Below are positions 29,118-40,642 of a stretch of 64,000 nt of DNA, piece after piece. Each line of letters starts with the position of its first letter. Within the stretch, counting starts at the first letter, position 1. The stretch is from positions 5,456,001 through 5,520,000 of the forward strand of contig CM120645.1 in the NCBI GenBank assembly GCA_051362555.1, in the 5' to 3' direction. The notes beneath the pieces are model-generated. The model was not told the DNA's origin. It made no database searches and worked only from the letters and a program-made list of their open reading frames with translations. This stretch comes from Lingula anatina. Its lineage: Eukaryota; Animalia; Brachiopoda. Both the position numbers and the translations under genes were made by a program.

Positions 29118-29879
29118 TGTGTTGAAGACAACTATATCAACAGTATTTAATATAATATATACTATCTAGGGCGTCTGTCTCAGTTTAAAACAATGTACAA
29201 TGACAGTGGCAGTTACAATCAGTATTTCTAGCAATTACTTATAACACTTAATTAGAGACTCGGTGCTGTAAGTTTGTTTATATTGGCATACACTACAGCG
29301 TTCATGAGCATTTTCTATGGCATTTTCTTTCCTCAAGTTTTAAATACTGCGAGAACTTCATTAGATGATGCCGAAACCTATGAAATATCTATAAATTTCT
29401 TCAATATTTCAATATCGTATCAATATCGTGTACAACACACATAAACAGACACTGCAGACACAATTTAAGATCAACTTAATCAAGTTTTGGTCCCTGAGCT
29501 CATCAGGCTACATATTTAACCAGTCCCACAATTATACAAGAAATGAAGCTTGCACAGTAATTGATTACGCTATTTGACACCACACCATGTATATCCTTAC
29601 CTATTCTCTGAACTTTTTAGCACCCACTCCCATTACGAGATAAGTCTGTGATTATTTTTCTAAATTTAGGTCTACCTGGGTTCATTTATACTCTCAACCC
29701 AAACGCAGTATTGGCTTTATGAAAGGGGTGTTAGGGCGATTAGTATTTATTTTAAACACGAATCGGTTGTGATAACTACCATGTGAGGCTATTATATGAC
29801 ACAAATTATAAATTAAAATATGGATATCAAATTTCAGCTAATCTGAATGCTTTTTTCCGCCAGTTTTTAAAACTTTTTG

Positions 29880-29991
29880 TGCAGTCTATACCATGAGAGT
29901 TAGGAAGTAAACTCGTCCATATACGGAAGTCGCTTTTCGCATGCGTCTGACTTAGAGCAATGTGACTTCCTGTTTCCGTACTGAAGTCAAG
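29880..29991. promoter_or_regulatory. LAMTOR5 promoter, candidate bidirectional promoter shared with the F-box gene
   Basis: ETS/GABP cores AGGAAGT (29902), CGGAAGT (29923) and ACTTCCTG (29965), plus NRF1-like CGCATGCG (29938). A minus-strand donor AG|GTAAGG at ~29600 could end a non-coding first exon of the F-box gene. Confidence 0.5.
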
Positions 29992-31585
29992 ATGGAAAAA
30001 GCGTTGGAAAGACAGCTAGATGAAACGTAAGTGACAAGTTAACAAGTCAAATACCAAAGTATATGAAAGTGCTTGCCTGTTCTACAAACGGAAGCCAAGA
30101 TCAACGTAAAGATCGATGCAAACATAAGTTTGTCTGCAATTATAAATCGCCCCTCCCCCTAGCTACTACTACATGTAGTTACTACTGCACATACTTAGCA
30201 TTGGGCTATTATAGTATTAATATTGTTATAGTACTATTAGTAGGAAACCATGGGCCGCCGTAGTGATGGATACATAAATAGCACAACCTCAACAAATGAT
30301 GATCAACAAAATCAACAAGTCATTAAATACGTTTATGAAATTGCTGGTACAACATGAATAATTATTCGAACACAACACAAATTAGTTCAGGCAGTTCTCA
30401 TGAATGAGTTCAGGGGAATAGGGGGTCCACCTTGCCTCTTGTGAGGCTTTGCTGTGTTCAAAGAACAGTGCAATGAAACACTTAAATCATTTAAAAACAA
30501 GCAAGCACCTTAGAAAAAAATCAGTATGCTGGTCAAATTTCATTGATGTCTTTTGGGGGCATTTTAGGGTTTTATTTCAGATGAAGATGACTTTCTTTAT
30601 TCCCTTCTAGGATGAACAACCCAGGAGTTGTTGGAGTGCTGTGTGCAGATAAGCAAGGGCTTTGTTTGGGAGGTAAATGATGTATAAGTATTCAAGATAT
30701 GTGAATAGAAAAATCAACCTTATTGGGTATATATATATTCAGCATGTCATATAGCTGTCATATTTATTCCCAGTTATGAAATAATTTTGCTAGGATATTT
30801 TTATATCAAAATAAACATGGTTAAATGGAATGTCAAATTAATTGTGATATGTATATATATATATATATATATCATATTCAGATTTTAGTATACAATTTTT
30901 TTCTCAGTTGGAAAAGAGTTCCATTAGGGTATGTAGAAAATCAATAAAAAGGGGGGATGGGATGGTCTTTTTAAATTTTTTTCTCCTTATTGATGGTGTT
31001 ATTCTGACTTCCAGCAAGAGGTACTGGTGAGCGTCAGACCTGTGGGTTGATCACCAGCTTGGCAGAGACTGCCCAGAAACTGTACCCAGATGAGTCTTCC
31101 TCCCCAGTCATTAGTATAGAGACAGACAATATGTGAGTTAGTCACTGACTCTTTATATGTGTTTATCTCTACTTTTTACTTCAACACACACACACACAAA
31201 CATACACAGACACACACACACACACACACACACACAGGTTCATCATTTGGACATCTTCTCACTTTGGGCTTTACATGCTTGTTTAAAGAAAAGCGAGTCA
31301 GAATACAGTAAAACTGCTGACATATAAGGAGTAGAAAAACTGCAATATTTTGATGTTTTTCTAGACAGATTCCCTCATTTCCCGATAGAGATGCTCTATA
31401 GTCCGGGATATAGAAACATTGGAAGTATTTAATAATTTAAATACTAAGTGCTGATTGATGAAAAATTACTGCTTTATTGTACTAGTCAGATTTCACATTT
31501 TGTGTTCCTTTCTTTTGGACCTAGGCAAATCCTGATCAAGTCTAAAGAGGGAATAACCACAGCTGTGTATAAGAGCTCAACGTGA
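29992..31585 (+). CDS. LAMTOR5: Ragulator complex protein LAMTOR5 (HBXIP), 91 aa; absent from the ORF track
   Basis: Exons 29992-30026, 30611-30672, 31015-31132 and 31525-31585 total 276 nt and give [35 protein letters not shown]...PVISIETDNMQILIKSKEGITTAVYKSST, recognisably LAMTOR5. Confidence 0.95.
31184..31236. repeat. (CA)n microsatellite
   Basis: Directly visible. Confidence 0.9.
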
Positions 31586-32538
31586 CAACAGCTGAAAAGA
31601 ATGTATTTGAAAAACAATGAGATGACACCAGTAACAATGATATGAAGAACAGTAATGGTCATATCCATTGTTGGGAGTCACGTACCCAAGGAATTATAAA
31701 ATTTCAACAAATTTAGTGAATCAACCAGCTGTGTATGTGCTTTACATGAAATGATGCTTTGTAAAAAGGAGTGTCAGGAACAAATACCATATTGTCATAT
31801 ATTGACAGCATTTGGAAGCTGGAGTCAACGTCTAGAAAAAGTTACTGCATTAACTTTGTTTACAAATAACTGAAGTGACTTTGGCGCAATATGTGGTTGG
31901 GAACTTTATGTAGAGGTTTATCAATTGAAATATTAAATGAAATTGAGGGAAGTTAAATAAAACTTAAAATATTTACTTTGAGGGTTTTCTGTCACTCATT
32001 AGATGTGCATGTTGTATTAAGACCATGTAGATTGCGCTAGTTGTGACAGAACACATCCTTTTGTATTAGAAGTATGCCATAGGTTTCCTAAACATTCCAC
32101 AATAAGAGACAGATGTAATAGGCTTCTTGGAGTTTTACAGAATTAAAAGTCGCATATCAGTCTGTGCATATATGAACATAATTGGCATCATTCTTATATT
32201 TTAAAAATGAAGTGAAACTGATGCTGTACAGAGTAACATTAATGCAATGATAATGCATAAGTGTAGGGAACGAGCCAGAGCTGACTGATAAGTTTCTCTC
32301 AATGCTTTGTATGAAAGCCTGTTGAACTGTTCTAAAGCAGATTACATTTTACAGTAATATGACAACTAATTTCCACATGATCAAAATTAATTGCTTTTTA
32401 CATGGAGTGTAGCCAAGCAAATAAAAAAGTGGTCTTTAACTTTTGTAACTCTGCATCTGTTTAAACAACTGTCCTTGTTCAGGCAATTGGAAAGTAGAAC
32501 CGGTCACAGATTGGTTATTGTTTATAATTCCATGTGTT

Positions 32539-32820
32539 GGATTTCCCCAGGGTTTTCCATTAATTCACTTTCGTTTTCACATATTTTGATTCCTATTAAT
32601 GATTTCAGGAAGCACATGAAATTCAAATACAGTTTTAACTTTAAATTCCTTTCCACTAGAAAAAAAAACATTTGAAATGCTTATTTCTGCATCGCGAAGT
32701 ACTATTTGCCTTTGGCAAAATAAACACAAACTAGAAAATGGAAATGAAAAGTTTCCAAAACGAAGTCTTTCACCTTCTTTCGTCACTCTCTCTCGGCCGC
32801 GTGTGCGCCATCTGGTAGCG
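32539..32820 (+). promoter_or_regulatory. Candidate immune-responsive promoter: tandem kB-like sites, IRF/ISRE-like element and CTCF-like motif
   Basis: GGATTTCCCC (32539-32548) and AGGGTTTTCC (32549-32558) abut TTCACTTTCGTTTTC (reverse complement GAAAACGAAAGTGAA). GGAAATGAAAAGTTTCC is at 32740 and GCGCCATCTGGTAG at ~32805. Confidence 0.5.
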
Positions 32821-32973
32821 ACCTACATTTACCTTCAAAAGGCAAGTAACCTACAACAAATTTGACCTACCCCAGTACCTGTGTTGTTGACAGTATAAGA
32901 CAGCGTCCTTTATCACTTCCCGGAGAATAAATTATCAGCTGGGTTACGGGATGTAGCCCGAAAAGAGATCATA

Positions 32974-35900
32974 ATGAGTCTAACTCTGCATTCAAACGGT
33001 AACAACGATGTGAATCCGAACCGAGGAGGCCACTTTAGTATGTCTGACTCCATCGAAACCTTGGGGTACACGGCTTTGAAGGCAATAGCCAGCAAGTTAG
33101 CCATTAACCCCATCACTGGATCAGGATGGCAGGATTTAGCAGACAAATTGGGATTTTCATATGGAGAAATTTTGCAGCTGGAGAATATGAACTGCGACGC
33201 GGCTACGATGGCGACTAATATGCTAAAAGATTGGTTGAACCGTCGCGGTCGCAGCGCGACTATTGGGGTGTTGGAGCAATACTTGATTCTACTGGGACGC
33301 GAGGACGTTTTACAAGAACTTCATAACAGACTCAGAGGTGAGAGGAAATGAATTTAGCAAAATTTTATAATGTTACACGAGTTTACGAATCTTACACGAA
33401 TTTACGAATCTCTTTTAACGAGGAAGAGAAATGAGTTTGACATAATAATTAGGGTTGCCCTCTTTGATTTATGATTTTAATCATCAATCTGAATAAAAAG
33501 GCCTACCTGTTATGTTATTAATCAGATTGATAATGTTTATTCTACTAGTTTTTTTTTTCTAGTAGGTGTTTACTTTATTGACAATAAATACTTTTGTCAC
33601 TTACAACAGCGTTTGGAATGAGGAACTAGACAGAACTTGCTGATCTTTCAAAAATTTTGAGAAGGGGTCCACGTGATATTTTAATATAATTATATATATC
33701 ATGAATATTTTCTTTCATGTACTGCACGTGAAGGAAAAATGTTTTATTTTTTAAATTGCTTATGGGTAGCAACTGGAAAAAAGCAAACATTGTGAGATTA
33801 TGAAATAATGCCGAACTGATAAATACACTTCTTGTACAACATCAGAACACTAACTGTCAGTTAAAAAAGAAGGGGTCTCCCCTCCCCCCCTTTTTTTTCC
33901 TGGTGAAACTTAAGAATGTGTTGCAATTAAATCAGGAGCATTTACTCTTTATTTATTGACTCAAATCTGACTTTTTCCATTGTAAAGAACATTTTTGTGT
34001 TGGGGCTAATTCCACTTTTTTAAAACCAGGGAATTCAGAGCCCAACTTGCCCTACAATGTCTCATATCCTGTTATGAACATCATAAAACTAGGCTGTAAT
34101 GTTAGTGGTTATAAGCATGCCCCATTCATATAGATATAATTATGTGGTATTTATTTCCTTGTATAAAGTATACCAGTCATCATTGTTTGAATAGAAGGAC
34201 AAGAAGATGAGTTATATGGGCCTTTCAAGTGTGGTCAGTGATATATGACCAGAGCTTTAATGTGCCCACATCAATATTTAGTTTGAATATTTTTAGATAT
34301 TACTAAATGGGCTCTGACTTCATAACTGGCTTTACTTGTTAATATTTTTATTAAGTTACAATAGTTTGTAATAAAAAGGTTCTTAGTTAAATTTGGCTTA
34401 AAGTAAATGGCTGGGCATCAGTGTAATTTCATATGACCCAGACTGTTGTGAAGGACCATATATACTGATATCCTATTCTTTGTTGCTCATAATGTAATCA
34501 GGAATTTCCCATTATGTTCTTCAAATTCTTGAGGAATGATTTATGTATAGTGATTGTGGTTAAGGGATGGGACAGTATTGATACTGATAGTGGTCTCTCA
34601 TGTTTTTAAGCCAGCATTAAAATGTCTTGCTTTGTATCATACTTTTTGTGTGTTTTTAATTTGTTTCAATTAATGGATATAATCTTTTGATACGTGTTAA
34701 TTTTAAATAGCTATTAAGTTACAATAAGAAATCTACTTGTAGTAGATTAAGCAGTCTATGAATTTTGAACTGTGACAGTATTTTCTTTATTTATATTATG
34801 GATATTTCAATTTACATGTACCTAGGCAACATCACTAGGCATCCTGTAATGCTATGTGATGTTTTGGTTTTTTGCTACTATAATATACTTGTAGATATAC
34901 TATAATAACATACAGCATGTTGTCAGTTTGCAAAATGTATTACTTTAATGATTTTGATACATTTAATAATTTTCATTTCAAAGGTGGTTTCATCTAAATT
35001 GTTACAAATATATCATTTTTTGTATCTGATATGGCTCTATGCTACTTTTATATTCAGCATTTAGCTACATATTTAACCTGTGATATGAATCACCAGTTTT
35101 TATTTCTTTTATTAAATAATTTCTCATAAGTTTTTTTTTTTTATCTGTAGCTCCATTCAACTTGTTGATCAAACTTGTGTGGGAGGGTAAACCTGACCTC
35201 AATCTGCGAGCGGAGGCTACCAGTGAGATGAGCCTGGTGGAGGCAGTGCGGGACATGTTGAAGACGCTTGGTCTCTCTTATGAACAAGTGGAATTTAATG
35301 GAAATTGGGAGAGTAAGGCGAGAGAATTTGTGGTGAGTGTCATAGAGGGATATACCATAATTATGATAATTTACTGTCAAACAAAGAGAGTGAGAGCTAT
35401 AGGAAGCAAAATATTAAGTTGATTTTTTTCTAGAGACTTCAAAAATCGTCTACTAATTGCCACGTAATACCTTATCCCAAACCATTAAAAAAATTACAAC
35501 CTATTTAATAGTACGCTCTTAGGTTTTTGAGTTCTAATTTTCAACATATGAGCCTGTACATGGCTCTTATGTAGGTGGGACTTGTGAATTTCACTTGTAA
35601 TAATAGAAAATTTTAACTCAAAGTGTTTTTTAAGTCCAATACAGTTCTTGCTTAATTCTCTCACATACTTTAAGTATTTATCTGAACATTTGTTTCACTC
35701 CACAGGGTAGAGAACTTGTCCTAAAAGTAGTGGGGGACCCTCTTGGTACATCAATGTTACCTAAACAGTCTTCCCAGGATTCAGGCCATGACTCTCAGGG
35801 TGGAGAGTCCCCTCAGCAATCTCCACGTGAAGATATAGAGCAGGTGAGTCAAGGTACAGGGTCACAACTTGATGCTCAGGGTGCCGTGGTGCCTGGGGAA

Positions 35901-38900
35901 ACACAGGGCGCAGGGAGACCATTTGGTTCAGCTCTGACGATGAATCAAGGGGTTGAAGAAACTCAGGACTCTAGTTTCTTGCCAGGCACAAAAAATGTTG
36001 ATTTGGGACTAAATGGTGTGATGAATCTCGGAACAATGGAAGGGGGCACTTCATATAAGTCTCCATTACAAGTGAGCAGTAGCACAAACACCCAGCAGTT
36101 ACAGGGTGCAAGTTTGGATACCGTCTATGGTACAAGTAACAATATATCTCCCACTTCTATGTTCACTCTGACTGCCAGTGTCAACAACAGTGCTGTTCAT
36201 GACACACGGCATGTAACGGGGAAAATGAGTGAAAGTTTTCAGGGTGTTGAACCCATGGAACTGGACATTACGACTCCAAAGACGGAGCAGACATTATTGT
36301 TTCAGAGTGAGATGCAGGACAGGGGTGCTCTTGGTCAAGGGGATCCTGTGTCTGGGGATGGTGAGATCACACCAACAGAGAAAAGCAGAAGTCGCAGTAG
36401 CAGTGTTCAAGTTGAAAGTTTCAGTGAAATATTTCGTGATCAAAGACTGCGAAGTAACAGCGTCCCAGAGATTGAACCAATCAGAATGAATATTCCAGTA
36501 GATGCTTTAAACATTCCTCCTTGCAGCAGAACAGATACATCTTTCAACAATAAATCATCTGTTTCTTCCTTAAACAATGTATCAAACTCTTTAAATAATG
36601 TAGAGATGACCACTTCAGTCAATGTTTTTCCTGCCACGGAGAAAGTGTCATGGAGTTTAGATGAAGAGATGGAGGATGTCCAGACCTTGGTTAAACAAGG
36701 CATCAAAGATCAGCACAACTGTCAATATTGTAAACCATTTGCACAGCATTATAAATCCAAAACTGGGCTGTTCAAGTCTACTCAACAAAGTAGCAGATTC
36801 AGGAGCAACAGCAGCAGCGTCTCGTTTGACAACGACACCATTTACGAAAAATCTGACATTATGCACTCACTAAGTACGCCTGGGTTGAAAGCTGATGGTC
36901 GTGGATCACCTGATGGCAAAGACAAGAGCACCTGCTTAAAAACCTGCCTATGCTATCCAGGCTCAAATTCAGCACATTCATCTCCAGATCCAGAGGGCAG
37001 GGTTCCTTCTTTACCGGCAAGGAGGAAAAGTCCACCTCTGCAGGATAGAGCTGCTGCTGCTCCTTTACCAGTGAAGCAACGGAGCCAGCCTTATGTACCA
37101 GAGAGGAAAAGGAGCCCTCCATTCCTGGAGAAAAAAAGGAGTGCCCCTTTGATGGAAACGGAATTTAGTCCTCCTCTGACTGAGAGAAAAATGACTTCTC
37201 CCAGGAGTGAGCAGTGCATAGCTGGCATGACTGGGGCACATAGGGGAGTAATGAGGACGGACAGTAGACCAAGTGACTCGGAGTCCAACATCATGGCACA
37301 CATGGATCTGGACAATCAGAGTGTTAATTCGGAAATGTTGGAGGATCCGAGTCCGGAGTCTTTGTACATCACTATCCTGCCTGGGTGGCACCCTCTGCTG
37401 GAGAATAATGGGAAAAAGGTGAGATGATTATATAATATTAAAATTTTACTACACTAGGTAATATTGTTAAAATTGAATGAAATTTTTGGTCATTGGACAG
37501 CATGTTAGATAGTTTTGTACCTTTGGTAATTTTATATCAAATACTTGATAAAGAAATACACACAAGCTAAGACAAAGTGAAATGTAGCTGAGTCAGACAA
37601 TTGTTTTTTTACCCTTTTGAAATGTGTGATTATGGTTATTGCATAGTATTCTTATTTTTTCTTTTTTTTTAGTTTCAATTTTGTGTGTTTTTTTTTTTTT
37701 TTTTTAAGCTAAAGAAATGATTGATTGATATGATATGATTGAAAACGAAATGCAATTATTTTGCCAGGTGTTTGCTGTTATGAAGCCATATTTGGGAAAA
37801 GATGGCTACTACATCATTCGGTCTCTTGATCATGGAAAGAAAGGAGTCACAGTGACGTAAGTAAAAAACACTTTTATGACATAATATTTCCATTGATATT
37901 CAGGTTCCCTTTTCTGTCTTTCTCTCTCGCTCCTTTTTCAGATGTTTCAAATGCATGCATAGGATTAAATTGTTACTTTTAGTACTTTGAAATTATTTAA
38001 AATTTGAAAGTTTAAAAACAGATTCAAATTGTAGACTAAGATATTGATAGGCACATGCATTCGGGTTTTGATTTATCTGGGGAGTTGAGTGTCATAAAAA
38101 TCACCTCTGTCAAAAACTGATTGTTAAGAGCCTAAGAGCATGAGGAAATAAATGAGAAACCAGGCACATTAGTTACAGATGCTATCATCTTGGGATTTTC
38201 CTTATCTGCATTTAACAAGTCTTTAAATAATGCATAATTTGTACTATTTTAGTAGAGATGTAGGTTGCTAGTAATTGCTTAGTGTATTTGGACATAGTTG
38301 GCCGAATAACATTTTCCAAACATTCCAGCGAAGAATTTCTTCAGCTGTGTACTTTATTCCTTCATAGTTACAGTTGATAAAATTTTCAAGCAACAGTTAA
38401 AAAATAGTAGTACCAATCCAGTTCAATATTTTACAATTTTTTTCAACTTCTGAATAATTTATGAATAAAGCACGTATGGGTAACTGTACATCCTAACTGG
38501 CATGCATGTTTGTAGTGTGTAATGGCTTCAACGTTAAGTTAATTAATTTATTATGCAGGTATAGGTTGTGTGATATTATTGTTGACAATTTCTTTAACAG
38601 GCACCAGGGACAACTGAAACACTTCAAAATCCACATGACAGAGGAAAGGGGTACGCTGTTCTTCTATTTCTACCGGGATGGTTTCCAAGCCACCTCTATT
38701 CAGGACCTCATCAAGTACTATCACACCCATGACCTAAGTGCGCAGATGACATCCTCCCACCCTGAAGGTGGCGCCACAGATGGCCATGTGGCTTCACTGG
38801 CCACGTTCAGTGATGACTCTGCTGGAGCATCGTCATTATGTGTAGAGGTTTCCATGGCGATGGACTCCCAGTCTGCATCAGCGTCCCAGCCAGTGAGGTA

Positions 38901-38988
38901 CGAAGGGAGTAAACATATCAGGCTGCGAGCACCAGTGGCTCCAGTGCCCATCACAATTAATGATTCTGACATTATGGCTAAGATCTGA
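32974..38988 (+). CDS. Death-domain + Raf-type RBD-like + SH2 adaptor protein, ~911 aa
   Basis: Phase-consistent exons 32974-33337, 35151-35332, 35706-37418, 37768-37856 and 38601-38988 total 2736 nt. Death domain GWQDLADKLGFSYGEILQLE..MLKDW..ATIGVLEQYLILLGREDVLQEL; RBD-like MSLVEAVRDMLKTLGL..NWESKAREFVGRELVL; SH2 PGWH..DGYYIIRS..GQLKHFKI..TSIQDLIKYYHTH. Confidence 0.88.
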
Positions 38989-39489
38989 TTTTCAGATCTA
39001 AAAAATATTTGATTAAGTCTGAACATATATATTGCTCATTGAAAAGAGATTTTGATTTTGTTGTATACTCAGTTAACTGAGACCATATGCTTGCCTATCA
39101 ATCTAAAAATTTTAAAAGATTTTGATAATTTTAACAATCATACAATAGTGGGATTCAAGTGAACTTACCTTACTGTAATAGAGAAAGTGTCAAGATTCAC
39201 CTACCACTCACTGCGTTTTGTATCCTTGTATATGGGTATATTTATAACACATGTACAGAGATATATTATCATGGTAATTTCATAAAACAACAATACATCG
39301 TATAACATTCCATTAAGATAAATGCTTGCAAGGAGATTCATGTCATTTTATATGTTGTTTCTGTACAAAAGTGGTATGTTTCTGTGTATCAATAAGTGTA
39401 TTTTTCTATATCCAAAAAAAAAAAAAAGAAAAGAGGGTAAAAAAATCCAAGCTTCAGACATAAACCCTGGCTCAGCTAAAATTGTACAA

Positions 39490-39492
<3 letters not shown>

Positions 39493-39566
<74 letters not shown>
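39493..39566. repeat. (AT)n microsatellite
   Basis: Directly visible. Confidence 0.97.
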
Positions 39567-39568
<2 letters not shown>

Positions 39569-40564
39569 GCCTAGTGGAGAAATATACAGTACCCCAGTTT
39601 GACCTATCAAATAACAGATTTTTTGTCCTGTGACCTGAAATTTTGAATAGGTTTGTGCACATATCCGGTATCCATTGTGTGGTTATTTTCAAGCTTTTCT
39701 CTACAGAGTAGCCACTCAAAACATATTTTGCCTTTTCTAACAGCGTAATAGGGCATGGGTTTTTCCCCCGAACTTCAGTTTGTTTTGGTTCCTCCAACAG
39801 GAAATTGAAATACTTTTGGCTTGTGTTCTAGGCATAATGGATGGAATTCATTAATGGATTCTTAAAGTATTCTTCGGAAATTTGGTGTTACCTGGGTCAA
39901 GATAAAGCCAAGATCAAGGTTGCCTGAGCACTTGAATGAGAAACTCGAGTATACTGTACTTGCCCATATGTATGAAACTAAAATATGATATCACTTTTCT
40001 CTTACCCGTTAGGTAGGATATTTTCCTGGTCTATTGATATTGTATGTAATTATTATTATTTTTAAAATAAAAGTTTATCTTTTACAGACAAATTTAAGTC
40101 GGACTTCAAATGAGCCATGATGTTATTCAAAAATTAAATCTTAGAGAGCACGATCACAAGTTGATGTCTGCAGGTGTGATATGTTTCAACTGTAGAGTTT
40201 TAATTAGGATATTTTTAACATTCACTATGCATAAAATTTTAATGAAATTGTAATTTATAATAAAATTGTGTACAAATAACAGTTGTACAATAACTGAATA
40301 AGTGCAACTTTAAAATTAAAAATTAAATCTATTATCTGACACAAAATGCACATTTTTACCTTCTGGGTATTGTTTTGGAATCCAAAAGAAGATTTATAAT
40401 CAATTTATTGTCAATTTATCAATTATTTATTATCACTGACACAGAGAGTAAATATCAATGAGAATGATGCTTATAATCATCTCCATTCACTTGTTGATAT
40501 TTATTAAGTTTCTTCACATTTTTGCAGACTTTTTAACATTCCTTGACAAGTGCATCTGTGTTTG

Positions 40565-40567
<3 letters not shown>

Positions 40568-40634
<67 letters not shown>

Positions 40635-40642
40635 ATATATAT
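40568..40642. repeat. (AT)n microsatellite
   Basis: Directly visible. Confidence 0.97.

Noticed and set aside
32974-33351. Calling the death-domain gene MyD88
   Set aside because: No TIR domain was found downstream; the spliced product continues into RBD-like and SH2 regions.
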